Assembly: GCA_965235115.1 (NCBI GenBank)
Contig: OZ249436.1
Span: 31,374,001 to 31,438,000 of the forward strand
Source: Laetmonice hystrix
Taxonomy: Eukaryota
Direction: 5' to 3'
Length of the DNA stretch: 64,000 nucleotides
The position numbers were made by a program, and so were the translations under genes. The notes below the pieces were generated by a model. That model saw only the letters and a list, made by a program, of their open reading frames with translations. It was not told the origin of the DNA and ran no database searches. The first letter of the stretch is position 1. Each line of letters begins with the position of its first letter. Positions 1 to 14,100 of this stretch are shown piece after piece.

Positions 1-231
1 CTACATTAACAATGTATGGTAGATGATGTCATTATAAGGTAGGACATAAACCTACATTAACAATGTATGGTAGATGATGTCATTATAAGGTAGGACATAA
101 ACCTACATTAACAATGTATGGTAGATGATGTCATTAGGACATAAACCTACATTAACAATGTATGGTAGATGATGTCATTATAAGGTAGGACATAAACCTA
201 CATTAACAATGTATGGTAGATGATGTCATTA
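1..231. repeat. 51-bp tandem repeat (about 4.5 copies visible, truncated by the window edge)
   Basis: Unit cctacattaacaatgtatggtagatgatgtcattataaggtaggacataaa; one copy has a 7-nt deletion. Confidence 0.95.
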
Positions 232-1059
232 TTTTCTCGGCGGAGATCAATATAATTTAATGGATTGCTTTTCACTCAGTAATGTGATAGAACGCCCAAG
301 CAAAGCTTTGCATTAAAAACTGCTTAATCCACAGTTTTGCTTCTCTTAAGATAATGTATCAAAGTGCCAAGCTTTCTCCCTTTTCCTACTAGAGCGGACA
401 GCTGTGGGGGTCATCTCATAAGCCTAAGGCTCTATTTTATGGCTATACGCAGATCGTGTGGCTTTATTATGAAGGCCAGTGCTTTGCTCGACTGTTTGCA
501 ATGATTATAGAGAATCATATTCCAGCCCGAAACTGGCTCTATCTGATCCTGACTGCACAGAAATATTATATTCTCACAACGGTGTACTCTAACATACGTC
601 GTCGATTGATTCGTATATAGCATGCTCTGACTCAATGGTCGGGCGGTCGAAGACGCGGCTCACGTTAAGTAAATTATTGTTTACATTGGTAGTTTCCGCC
701 TGTCTATATGCAACATGTTTGTGTATATTTGATCTGTTTGACAAGTGTTCGTACACACACTTGGGAACGGGCAGCGAGTAATATCAAAAAGCCGCGCAAA
801 TTATCTGTATCAGAGGCCGTTTGCTTTAAGAACTACAGTTGCTTCGGTTGTAATGTATTATAATGATGGAAGCCAGGTTTCTTCAACTATCAAGAATTCA
901 ATTAAACTCACCAGAAAAAAATTCTTTAAAATCTCAAATTCTCAAAAAATGTGCATAAGGACAAAATGTAGCAAGAAGAACCGAGGTCGTCGCCCTGTTG
1001 TGATGGGTCACAGAAAGCCTGAATCCACCGAATCGATTCAAACTTTAGTTTCCACTTAC

Positions 1060-4000
1060 CTGTAGGAGACTTTGTCTTGAAGGTAAGCAGTGGTAATGCA
1101 GTGCCTCTTTGATGAACTGCTGACACTCGGGCACGTCCATCAGGTAGTCGACCGTCTCGACATGGTCGACTATATCGGACGGAGTCAGTAACGGAAGACG
1201 TATGCTTCTCATCAACTTGGCAGCATACTGCAATCGACCCTTCTTGTCGAACTCTATCCACGATATGGCCCTCCGAAATATGTCGAGTTCGCTCGGGGCC
1301 TTCATGTAAAATTATCAGATACCAGTATCACACTTTGCGAACGTGTCGTATCTGTCTATCAAGCTATAAATTTCAAGGTGCAGTGCAGTATCAGCAGGCA
1401 AGCAACTATCTGGCTTGCGATAAGAAAACACATTTTTATGCCTTCTTTAATATCTCGTAAACATTTATAAATGAGGCTGTGATATAATTTATAAACAAAA
1501 GGAGCGATGCTATCGGCTATCGTAAGTGTCGCTAGATAGATCGGAGGGGGATAAAAGAAGAGAAAAAAAGAACCTTGTTGCTGGGCATCTTTCAAAATGC
1601 AATGGCAGGCCTGGGAGGGAAAGTCTTCTTCGTTTAACGTCAACTGTGCCTTTGTCAGCATTTCAACACTCAAATTTTCTCAAAGGGAGATCGATCCAAG
1701 AAATCCCTTCAGGGCATTGAGTGAACCTAATTTCGCAAGCACATTTATAACACAGACCAGGGAGGGCCCATGGGGGGTGTAATATACATAGCTTAACAAT
1801 TTCGGCCTGGAGCAATTCATGGGAATCTTCGAGTCGTGTCTCGAAATCTTCGCCCTGCTCCGCCCCCGTTCCAACCCCACTACTCCCACACCCCCGCCTG
1901 GATTACATACTGCCAGGCTGAATGTTATTTACCAGGTATGAGGTTGAGGAGCCTACTATTAAACTACTATCCCCGCCCCTGCAGCAGGAGCAACAGCCGG
2001 CAGCGGCAGGTGGCAGGGCAGACCTCGTGGTTACCGTGGAATACAATTCCAAGAACTCTTGAAATAGATCCGTGCTGTGTGCAGGCAGCGACAGTATACT
2101 GTGGCGCCGAGTAATAGATAAATATTTACCTCTTCCTCATAATTTATCTGATGTATTATCAGGGATTGCACTGAGAAGGCCTCTATCCTTACGGTGTTGC
2201 ACAATGTTTTTGCAAAGAAAATCAGATTACAAATATAACAAAAAATGTACTGATTTACAATCTCATTTGCTTTATACAAGAAATGACACCTTTATAGTTA
2301 AGTATGATTTCTTATGAACGTTCCGGTGGGGGCCCAGGAGGCGGAGGCCCCTAATATAACTTTGTTATAGTTTATCTCGCCATGAAGACGGCCTTAGCTG
2401 CCAACATCGCATAAAGTTATTCTCGCATTATGATCATGCTTTCCAAAAAAAGAAAATATTTTTATCGGCATGGGAAAGTTGTTGGGCCGAAGCGGTGACT
2501 GACACAATCTGTCCCAAAACCAGGACCGTCGGCCTGATGGGAGCGGGCCCGACACAATCTGTCCCCCAACCAGGACCGTCGGACTGATGGCAGCGGCCCC
2601 GACCCCCCCCCCCCCCCCCCACCCACACACACACACTTCAAACTGCAGATTTCTGGCAGATCATTTCTTGATAGGCCTACGACACTGGAACTAAGGGCAG
2701 GTAACAGTAGAAGCGGGGATTAACATTCACGGGCACATTTACCATGTCTTCATCGCGGTCCAGCAATGCTACCAGCTGGTCCACGTCCATCTGGAAGAAA
2801 TCGAAGCCTTCCGAAAGTTCCATGAAGTTGGAAGCAGCCATGCGGAGGGCGTCGTCCGTTAGCTCAGTCAGCGAATATGTGAAGGCCAGATTGAGCATGC
2901 GCAAGCAATTCGATCTATTCAGGCGCTTGCGCAAAAAGCCATCACACGCGTCTTCGATGGTAGCGTATTTCAACGAGGCGGCTGCAGCAAGAAGTTCTCT
3001 CACATTCGCCTCGCTAACCTGGTGTAAAACAACATCATGTATCCAATATCAGTCATATTGCCGGGGTGCAAACTCTGCATTCGTGCCAATCATATTCGTA
3101 ACATAAAGTTATGAAAGATTTTCATTTCGATTAATTTCGTATAATTAGTTTTGCGACTAGGTTTGTACCTAGAGTCCTTTGCTGGCCTTGGCATTGCGTG
3201 TTTCTGAGGGCTGCAACCGGAAAGATCTATAAATGCGTGGGTGGAGAACGTCATCGGTTCTTGCTTGTATTTTTCTCACGGAAATGTCGAATGCAATATG
3301 CATGCATGTTCTTTGTCTGACGACAGTGTCAGCTTATGATTCTATGACAGTACGTGAGGATAAAGAGCCACCTCGCCAGAAGGGCGATTTTATGGGAAAC
3401 CTGAACACAATGTTCCTATGTTACATCGATACATGAACGGAGATGCCAAAATGATGAGCTACAGTTATCGGAAGATTGCAATGAAGTTAGGAAGAACACA
3501 ACATTTATAGATTCTTCACCCTCTCCTTTCTGCCATGCGTCTTTCAACGTCTGGTATATTGGATTTGAAGATCAACAGAGTTTCCATGTGATTACTTAAT
3601 CATATAAATACAATTAATCCCTCACAGCGAATTAAAAATTAAATATAGAGATTGCTTAAGAGAGAGGGAAAGAGAGACAGAGAGAAACAGAGAAAGACAG
3701 AGAGAGATAGAGAGAGACGCAGAGATACCTTGCTTGATCGAACGGCATTTTCCAATAATATCTTGGCAAATGTATCGAAGCAGATCAATTCCAAAAGGGA
3801 TCCCAAGTAACTACATTTCTAGATAAGGAGAGTCATGACACAGGCCCGTATTCATAAAGGATTCTGCTTCCATGGCTTTACACGACTGGGCAATTTAGTG
3901 AACACTACAAGATGTGATTCGCCAGTGGTAAAGTCAATACAAGGAACTCGCGATCTGTGCATGAAAGGAGAGCATGGGCTCGGACGGCGTGCGGGGCCCA

Positions 4001-4839
4001 CTGCCACCCCCACCACCACCCCCACCCCCCTACTGACTGCCGGTGTCACATCGAAAACTGACCCCCGTGGTAAATTGACCCCCGGGTCACTTTTCCACGG
4101 TGGAAAAGTGACTATCCCTGTGGTAATCTGACCATCAAGGAAAAGTTAAGACATTTCTTGTTCTGTTTATTTTTTATATTTATGGAAAGGATGCAAAAGG
4201 ATGTTTTTGTTCACATGTCGTACTCAATTTGTCAATCTGCGCAATTTGCAAATATTGTTAATTCAAATAGACCTAATCCTAAACTTACCTTAACCCTAAC
4301 CGAGGGGCGTACAGGTAGCACCCGTATCTGCTGGTTTGCCCTTTTAAATATGCGCAAGTCGCGAAAGTGAGTACTGCTGAACAGGTGTCAAAACTGTTGA
4401 AAAATACCAAGAAGCAGGAAAATGACGATAGATTCCAATGTAAAGACGTTATGCCTAATATCTATGTTATTCAACCTGAGTCATTTTTCCACAGGGGAGG
4501 TCACTTTTCCACTGTGGTAAAGTGACCCGGGGGTCGATTTACCACGTGGTAAATTGACCCCCGGGTCACTTTACCACGGGGTCACTTTACCACATCACAC
4601 CGGCGGCACTATGCGTGGGAGACCACCCGCCCAACCTACCTTGATTTCTCCTGTGTACATGGAGTTCAGCAGTGCCTCGGCAGTTGATGCAGAAATGCCT
4701 TGAAGACGAACCTACCGGTGCGACAAAACGAAACGAGGTGAATATTCTTTAAGGAACGACAGAACACGCTCTGACAGCTTTCACTGTTCCCACAACCGTG
4801 CACAACAACAAAATGGGACAGTCACAGAGCTTAACAACG

Positions 4840-4887
<48 letters not shown>

Positions 4888-5070
4888 GCGTTCATGAAAA
4901 TGGGTTCCTTCCCTAAAACCATAGGCCTACATCCCGGCGAAATTTAAAAAAAAAATCGCCTATGTAAGGTATCCTGACAGGTCCACAATAGTTAGCTAGC
5001 TAGCTGCCTCTCTCTCTCCCTCTGTCTCTCTGTCTCTCTGTCTCTCTGTCTCTCTCTCTGTCTCTCTCTG

Positions 5071-5124
<54 letters not shown>

Positions 5125-8100
5125 GTCTCACTCTGTCTCTGTCTGTGTGTGTCTCTCTATGTGTCTCTCTCTGTCTCTCTCTGTCCGTCTCTGTCTCTCT
5201 CTGCCTCTCTGTCTCTCTCTGTCCCTCTCTGCCCGTCTCTGTCTCTGTGTCTCGGTCTCCTCTCTCTCTCTCTCTCTCTCTCTGTCCGTCTCTGTGTCTC
5301 TCTGTGTCTCTCTGACATGTGCCTCTGTACGAGCCGCTATCTCCTGTTGTCCATATAGAGATATTACAATGAATCTAATATTTAAATAATACCCAGAGCT
5401 TTCCTGGCGGTTGACATGAAATATAAGTAAGGAACATAAATTAGACTTATTTTAGTCCCAGAACTTGAACTATTAATCAAACAAATCATTCATATTTAAA
5501 ACAGGGGTATAGGAAAGCTTCCAGGAAAATCAAATGAAGTAAACTTAATAAAAGAGCTCCATCGCTTGTCTGAGCGATGGAACATTTCTGTGATATCGAT
5601 GTAAAGTAAACGATGCATATACATCCGACAAAAGATATTCCGATATTTTGCTGAGTGGTATCTTTTTAAAACCATGTTATGGATACTTTTGTTTCTGTAT
5701 ATCTATCAATAATAAGGTTGTAGAGGACTTTGTACTCAATCAATATTGCCAAACTGGAATATCCTTATTGTGTTTTTGGCCCATAATAACAAAAACGTGC
5801 GGAACTAATGGATTTCGTATCTCACAATATTTGGTCTGACATCCAACGAAATTGCTCCGGAAGGACTGTGGTAACAGCGATCACAGACGTACTATTTCTC
5901 ATATAAACAGCCTCAGTTTTATTTCTTTCATGTCTATTTTTATTCTTATCATCATGCTCGTCTACATGCATTCAGTAATAAACACGCTTCTTGGCCAAAT
6001 AAGTACACAAGTCTATAGATAGAATTATGTCTTACAGTTCATATTGCCATTTTTCATTGTACAGTCGAATTTTCTATGAGTTAAGGCGGACTTTTATGTC
6101 GAAGACGACAGAAGCTCGACATGTAAACAGGCTCGATCATCCCACAGTGACGAGGAGTCTGTTGTCCTCCGAGTGCCGTTACCACCGCCCCCGGGATGTA
6201 TAATGTCAAGCTTTTTTCTTACGGGTAAGTTTGCCAAGTATTTATGATCCCTTTCCCTCTATTATCATTGACAATACAGACCGGCAGGAATGGAGGCCTG
6301 AGTGTGGGTTGGGAAGCCAGGGGTAAACTGTTGGTGGGATGGGTGAGGGGAATGTGTCCGGAGGAGGTAAGTTATTGCTGGGTGGGGGAGGCTGAGTCCG
6401 GAGGAGGTAAGGTATTGTTGTGTGGGGGAGGCTGAGTGTGAGTCAGGAGGAGGTAAGTTATTGCTGGGTGGGGGAGGCTGAGTCCGGAGGAGGTAAGTTA
6501 TTGCTGGGTGGGGGAGGCTGAGTGTGAGTCAGGAGGAGGTAAGTTATTGCTGGGTGGGGGAGGCTGAGTCCGGAGGAGGTAAGTTATTGCTGGGTGGGGG
6601 AGGCTGAGTGTGAGTCAGGAGGAGGTAAGTTATTGCTGGGTGGGGGAGGCTGAGTGTGAGTCCGGAGGAGGTAAGGTATTGTTGTGTGGGGGAGGCTGAG
6701 TGTGAGTCAGGAGGAGGTAAGGTATTGTTGTGTGGGGGAGGCTGAGTGTGAGTCCGGAGGAGGTAAGGTATTGTTGTGTGGGGGAGGCTGAGTGTGAGTC
6801 CGGAGGAGGTAAGGTATTGTTGTGTGGGGGAGGCTTAGTGTGAGTCCGGAGGAGGTAAGTTATTGATGGGTGGGGGAGGCTGAATGTGAGTCCGGAGGAG
6901 GTAAGTTATTGCTGGGTGGGGGAGGCTGAATGTGAGTCCGGAGGAGGTAAGTTATTGCTGGGTGGGGGAGGCTGAGTGTGAGTCAGGAGGAGGTAAGTTA
7001 TTGATGGGTGGGGGAGGCTGAATGTGAGTCCGGAGGAGGTAAGTTATTGCTGGGTGGGGGAGGCTGAGTGTGAGTCCGGAGGAGGTAAGTTATTGCTGGG
7101 TGGGGGAGGCTCAGTGTGAGTCCGGAGGAGGTAAGTTATTGCTGGGTGGGGAAGGCTGAGTGTGAGTCCGAAGGAGGTAAGTTATTGCTGGGTGGGGAAG
7201 GCTGAGTGTGAGTCCGGAGGAGGTAAGTTATTGCTGGGTGGGGGAGCCTGAGTGTGAGTCCGTAGGTTATTGCTGGGTGGGGAGGCTGAGTGTGAGTCCG
7301 GAGGAGGTAAGTTATTGCTGGGTGGGGGAGGCTGAGTCCGGAGGAGGTAAGTTATTGTTGTGTGGGGGAGGCTGAGTGTGAGTCCGGAGGAGGTAAGGTA
7401 TTGTTGTGTGGGGGAGGCTGAGTGTGAGTCCGGAGGAGGTAAGTTATTGCTGGGTGGGGAGGCTGAGTGTGAGTCAGGAGGAGGTAAGTTATTGCTGGGT
7501 GGGGGAGGCTGAGTCCGGAGGAGGTAAGTTATTGCTGGGTGGGGGAGGCCGAGTGTGAGTCCGGAGGAGGTAAGTTATTGCTGGGTGAGGGAGGCTGAGT
7601 GTGAGTCCGGAGGAGGTAAGTTATTGCTGGGTGGGGGAGGCTCAGTGTGAGTCTGGAGGAGGTAAGTTATTGCTGGGTGGGGAGGCTGAGTGTGAGTCAG
7701 GAGGAGGTAAGTTATTGATGGGTGGGGGAGGCTGAATGTGAGTCCGGAGGAGGTAAGTTATTGCTGGGTGGGGAGGCTGAGTGTGAGTCAGGAGGAGGTA
7801 AGTTATTGATGGGTGGAGGAGGCTGAGTGTGAGTCCGGAGGAGGTAAGTTATTGCTGGGTGGGGGAGGCTCAGTGTGAGTCTGGAGGAGGTAAGTTATTG
7901 CTGGGTGGGGAGGCTGAGTGTGAGTCCGGGGGAGGTAAGTTATTGCTGGGTGGGGGAGGCTCAGTGTGAGTCCGGAGGAGGTAAGTTATTGCTGGGTGGG
8001 GAGGCTGAGTGTGAGTCAGGAGGAGGTAAGTTATTGATGGGTGTGGGAGGCTGAATGTGAGTCCGGAGGAGGTAAGTTATTGCTGGGTGGGGGAGGCTGA

Positions 8101-11100
8101 GTGTGAGTCCGGAGGAGGTAAGTTATTGCTGGGTGGGGGAGGCTGAGTGTGAGTCCGGAGGAGGTAAGGTATTGTTGTGTGGGGGAGGCTGAGTGTGAGT
8201 CCGGAGGAGGTAAGTTATTGATGGGTGGGGGAGGCTGAGTGTGAGTCTGGAGGAGGTAAGTTATTGCTGGGTGGGGGAGGCTGAGTGTGAGTCCGGAGGA
8301 GGTAAGTTATTGCTGGGTGGGGAAGGCTGAGTGTGAGTCCGAAGGAGGTAAGTTATTGCTGGGTGGGGAAGGCTGAGTGTGAGTCCGGAGGAGGTAAGTT
8401 ATTGCTGGGTGGGGAAGGCTGAGTGTGAGTCCGAAGGAGGTAAGTTATTGCTGGGTGGGGAAGGCTGAGTGTGAGTCCGGAGGAGGTAAGTTATTGCTGG
8501 GTGGGGAAGGCTGAGTGTGAGTCCGAAGGAGGTAAGTTATTGCTGGGTGGGGGAGGCTGAGTGTGAGTCCGGAGGAGGTAAGTTATTGCTGGGTGGGGGA
8601 GGCTGAGTGTGAGTCCGGAGGAGGTAAGGTATTGTTGTGTGGGGGAGGCTGAGTGTGAGTCCGGAGGAGGTAAGTTATTGCTGGGTGGGGGAGGCTGAGT
8701 GTGAGTCTGGAGGAGGTAAGTTATTGCTGGGTGGGGGAGGCTGAGTGTGAGTCCGTAGGTTATTGCTGGGTGGGGGAGGCTCAGTGTGAGTCAGGAGGAG
8801 GTAAGTTATTGCTGGGTGGGGGAGGCTCAGTGTGAGTCAGGAGGAGGTAAGTTATTGCTGGGTGGGGGAGGCTGAGTGTGAGTCCGGAGGAGGTAAGTTA
8901 TTGCTGGGTGGGGGAGCCTGAGTGTGAGTCCGTAGGTTATTGCTGGGTGGGGAGGCTGAGTGTGAGTCCGGAGGAGGTAAGTTATTGCTGGGTGGGGGAG
9001 GCTGAGTCCGGAGGAGGTAAGTTATTGCTGGGTGGGGGAGGCTGAGTGTGAGTCCGGAGGAGGTAAGGTATTGTTGTGTGGGGGAGGCTGAGTGTGAGTC
9101 CGGAGGAGGTAAGTTATTGCTGGGTGGAGGAGGCTGAGTGTGAGTCCGGAGGAGGTAAGTTATTGCTGGGTGGGGAGGCTGAGTGTGAGTCAGGAGGAGG
9201 TAAGTTATTGCTGGGTGGGGGAGGCTGAGTGTGAGTCAGGAGGAGGTAAGTTATTGATGGGTGGGGGAGGCTGAATATGAGTCCGGAGGAGGTAAGTTAT
9301 TGCTGGGTGGGGGAGGCTGAGTGTGAGTCAGGAGGAGGTAAGTTATTGCTGGGTGGGGGAGGCTGAGTGTGAGTCCGGAGGAGGTAAGTTATTGCTGGGT
9401 GGGGGAGCCTGAGTGTGAGTCAGGAGGAGGTAAGTTATTGATGGGTGGGGAAGGCTGAGTGTGAGTCCGAAGGAGGTAAGTTATTGCTGGGTGGGGAGGC
9501 TGAGTGTGAGTCCGGAGGAGGTAAGTTATTGCTGGGTGGGGAGGCTGAGTGTGAGTCCGGGGGAGGTAAGTTATTGCTGGGTGGGGGAGGCTGAGTCCGG
9601 AGGAGGTAAGTTATTGCTGGGTGGGGGAGGCTGAGTGTGAGTCCGAAGGAGGTAAGTTATTGCTGGGTGGGGAGGCTGAGTGTGAGTCCGGAGGAGGTAA
9701 GTTATTGATGGGTGGGGAAGGCTGAGTGTGAGTCCGAAGGAGGTAAGTTATTGCTGGGTGGGGAGGCTGAGTGTGAGTCCGGAGGAGGTAAGTTATTGCT
9801 GGGTGGGGAGGCTGAGTGTGAGTCCGGGGGAGGTAAGTTATTGCTGGGTGGGGGAGGCTGAGTCCGGAGGAGGTAAGTTATTGCTGGGTGGGGAGGCTGA
9901 GTGTGAGTCCGGAGGAGGTAAGTTATTGATGGGTGGGGAAGGCTGAGTGTGAGTCCGAAGGAGGTAAGTTATTGCTGGGTGGGGAGGCTGAGTGTGAGTC
10001 CGGAGGAGGTAAGTTATTGCTGGGTGGGGGAGGCTGAGTCCGGAGGAGGTAAGTTATTGCTGGGTGGGGGAGGCCGAGTGTGAGTCCGGAGGAGGTAAGT
10101 TATTGCTGGGTGGGGGAGGCTCAGTGTGAGTCCGGAGGAGGTAAGTTATTGCTGGGTGGGGGAGGCTCAGTGTGAGTCCGGAGGAGGTAAGTTATTGCTG
10201 GGTGGGGAGGCTGAGTGTGAGTCAGGAGGAGGTAAGTTATTGATGGGTGGGGGAGGCTGAATGTGAGTCCGGAGGAGGTAAGTTATTGCTGGGTGGGGGA
10301 GGCTGAGTGTGAGTCCGGAGGAGGTAAGTTATTGCTGGGTGGGGGAGGCTGAGTGTGAGTCCGGAGGAGGTAAGTTATTGCTGGGTGGGGGAGGCTGAGT
10401 GTGAGTCCGGGGAGGTAAGTTATTGCTGGGTGGGGGAGGCTGAATGTGAGTCCGGAGGAGGTAAGTTATTGCTGGGTGGGGGAGGCCGAGTGTGAGTCAG
10501 GAGGAGGTAAGTTATTGCTGGGTGGGGGAGGCTGAGTGTGAGTCCGGGGGAGGTAAGTTATTGCTGGGTGGGGGAGGCTGAGTGTGAGTCCGGGGGAGGT
10601 AAGTTATTGCTGGGTGGGGGAGGCTGAGTCCGGAGGAGGTAAGTTATTGCTGGGTGGGGGAGGCTGAGTGTGAGTCCGGGGGAGGTAAGTTATTGCTGGG
10701 TGGGGGAGGCTGAGTGTGAGTCCGGGGGAGGTAAGTTATTGCTGGGTGGGGGAGGCTGAGTGTGAGTCCGGAGGAGGTAAGGTATTGTTGTGTGGGGGAG
10801 GCTGAGTGTGAGTCAGGAGGAGGTAAGGTATTGTTGTGTGGGGGAGGCTGAGTGTGAGTCCGGAGGAGGTAAGGTATTGTTGTGTGGGGGAGGCTGAGTG
10901 TGAGTCCGGAGGAGGTAAGGTATTGTTGTGTGGGGGAGGCTTAGTGTGAGTCCGGAGGAGGTAAGTTATTGATGGGTGGGGGAGGCTGAATGTGAGTCCG
11001 GAGGAGGTAAGTTATTGCTGGGTGGGGGAGGCTGAATGTGAGTCCGGAGGAGGTAAGTTATTGCTGGGTGGGGGAGGCTGAGTGTGAGTCAGGAGGAGGT

Positions 11101-14100
11101 AAGTTATTGATGGGTGGGGGAGGCTGAATGTGAGTCCGGAGGAGGTAAGTTATTGCTGGGTGGGGGAGGCTGAGTGTGAGTCCGGAGGAGGTAAGTTATT
11201 GCTGGGTGGGGGAGGCTCAGTGTGAGTCCGGAGGAGGTAAGTTATTGCTGGGTGGGGAAGGCTGAGTGTGAGTCCGAAGGAGGTAAGTTATTGCTGGGTG
11301 GGGAAGGCTGAGTGTGAGTCCGGAGGAGGTAAGTTATTGCTGGGTGGGGGAGCCTGAGTGTGAGTCCGTAGGTTATTGCTGGGTGGGGAGGCTGAGTGTG
11401 AGTCCGGAGGAGGTAAGTTATTGCTGGGTGGGGGAGGCTGAGTCCGGAGGAGGTAAGTTATTGTTGTGTGGGGGAGGCTGAGTGTGAGTCCGGAGGAGGT
11501 AAGGTATTGTTGTGTGGGGGAGGCTGAGTGTGAGTCCGGAGGAGGTAAGTTATTGCTGGGTGGGGAGGCTGAGTGTGAGTCAGGAGGAGGTAAGTTATTG
11601 CTGGGTGGGGGAGGCTGAGTCCGGAGGAGGTAAGTTATTGCTGGGTGGGGGAGGCCGAGTGTGAGTCCGGAGGAGGTAAGTTATTGCTGGGTGAGGGAGG
11701 CTGAGTGTGAGTCCGGAGGAGGTAAGTTATTGCTGGGTGGGGGAGGCTCAGTGTGAGTCTGGAGGAGGTAAGTTATTGCTGGGTGGGGAGGCTGAGTGTG
11801 AGTCAGGAGGAGGTAAGTTATTGATGGGTGGGGGAGGCTGAATGTGAGTCCGGAGGAGGTAAGTTATTGCTGGGTGGGGAGGCTGAGTGTGAGTCAGGAG
11901 GAGGTAAGTTATTGATGGGTGGAGGAGGCTGAGTGTGAGTCCGGAGGAGGTAAGTTATTGCTGGGTGGGGGAGGCTCAGTGTGAGTCTGGAGGAGGTAAG
12001 TTATTGCTGGGTGGGGAGGCTGAGTGTGAGTCCGGGGGAGGTAAGTTATTGCTGGGTGGGGGAGGCTCAGTGTGAGTCCGGAGGAGGTAAGTTATTGCTG
12101 GGTGGGGAGGCTGAGTGTGAGTCAGGAGGAGGTAAGTTATTGATGGGTGTGGGAGGCTGAATGTGAGTCCGGAGGAGGTAAGTTATTGCTGGGTGGGGGA
12201 GGCTGAGTGTGAGTCCGGAGGAGGTAAGTTATTGCTGGGTGGGGGAGGCTGAGTGTGAGTCCGGAGGAGGTAAGGTATTGTTGTGTGGGGGAGGCTGAGT
12301 GTGAGTCCGGAGGAGGTAAGTTATTGATGGGTGGGGGAGGCTGAGTGTGAGTCTGGAGGAGGTAAGTTATTGCTGGGTGGGGGAGGCTGAGTGTGAGTCC
12401 GGAGGAGGTAAGTTATTGCTGGGTGGGGAAGGCTGAGTGTGAGTCCGAAGGAGGTAAGTTATTGCTGGGTGGGGAAGGCTGAGTGTGAGTCCGGAGGAGG
12501 TAAGTTATTGCTGGGTGGGGAAGGCTGAGTGTGAGTCCGAAGGAGGTAAGTTATTGCTGGGTGGGGAAGGCTGAGTGTGAGTCCGGAGGAGGTAAGTTAT
12601 TGCTGGGTGGGGAAGGCTGAGTGTGAGTCCGAAGGAGGTAAGTTATTGCTGGGTGGGGGAGGCTGAGTGTGAGTCCGGAGGAGGTAAGTTATTGCTGGGT
12701 GGGGGAGGCTGAGTGTGAGTCCGGAGGAGGTAAGGTATTGTTGTGTGGGGGAGGCTGAGTGTGAGTCCGGAGGAGGTAAGTTATTGCTGGGTGGGGGAGG
12801 CTGAGTGTGAGTCTGGAGGAGGTAAGTTATTGCTGGGTGGGGGAGGCTGAGTGTGAGTCCGTAGGTTATTGCTGGGTGGGGGAGGCTCAGTGTGAGTCAG
12901 GAGGAGGTAAGTTATTGCTGGGTGGGGGAGGCTCAGTGTGAGTCAGGAGGAGGTAAGTTATTGCTGGGTGGGGGAGGCTGAGTGTGAGTCCGGAGGAGGT
13001 AAGTTATTGCTGGGTGGGGGAGCCTGAGTGTGAGTCCGTAGGTTATTGCTGGGTGGGGAGGCTGAGTGTGAGTCCGGAGGAGGTAAGTTATTGCTGGGTG
13101 GGGGAGGCTGAGTCCGGAGGAGGTAAGTTATTGCTGGGTGGGGGAGGCTGAGTGTGAGTCCGGAGGAGGTAAGGTATTGTTGTGTGGGGGAGGCTGAGTG
13201 TGAGTCCGGAGGAGGTAAGTTATTGCTGGGTGGAGGAGGCTGAGTGTGAGTCCGGAGGAGGTAAGTTATTGCTGGGTGGGGAGGCTGAGTGTGAGTCAGG
13301 AGGAGGTAAGTTATTGCTGGGTGGGGGAGGCTGAGTGTGAGTCAGGAGGAGGTAAGTTATTGATGGGTGGGGGAGGCTGAATATGAGTCCGGAGGAGGTA
13401 AGTTATTGCTGGGTGGGGGAGGCTGAGTGTGAGTCAGGAGGAGGTAAGTTATTGCTGGGTGGGGGAGGCTGAGTGTGAGTCCGGAGGAGGTAAGTTATTG
13501 CTGGGTGGGGGAGCCTGAGTGTGAGTCAGGAGGAGGTAAGTTATTGATGGGTGGGGAAGGCTGAGTGTGAGTCCGAAGGAGGTAAGTTATTGCTGGGTGG
13601 GGAGGCTGAGTGTGAGTCCGGAGGAGGTAAGTTATTGCTGGGTGGGGAGGCTGAGTGTGAGTCCGGGGGAGGTAAGTTATTGCTGGGTGGGGGAGGCTGA
13701 GTCCGGAGGAGGTAAGTTATTGCTGGGTGGGGGAGGCTGAGTGTGAGTCCGAAGGAGGTAAGTTATTGCTGGGTGGGGAGGCTGAGTGTGAGTCCGGAGG
13801 AGGTAAGTTATTGATGGGTGGGGAAGGCTGAGTGTGAGTCCGAAGGAGGTAAGTTATTGCTGGGTGGGGAGGCTGAGTGTGAGTCCGGAGGAGGTAAGTT
13901 ATTGCTGGGTGGGGAGGCTGAGTGTGAGTCCGGGGGAGGTAAGTTATTGCTGGGTGGGGGAGGCTGAGTCCGGAGGAGGTAAGTTATTGCTGGGTGGGGA
14001 GGCTGAGTGTGAGTCCGGAGGAGGTAAGTTATTGATGGGTGGGGAAGGCTGAGTGTGAGTCCGAAGGAGGTAAGTTATTGCTGGGTGGGGAGGCTGAGTG

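Noticed and set aside
1935..2062. Plus-strand terminal-exon-like stretch (YEVEEPTIKLLSPPLQQEQQ...NS*) after ttatttaccag
   Set aside because: Short, no recognisable homology and no supportable upstream exons.
1306..2745. U12-type AT-AC intron in the KLHL gene
   Set aside because: The ends can be drawn as AT...AC, but the U12 donor ATATCCTT and TCCTTAAC branch site are absent.
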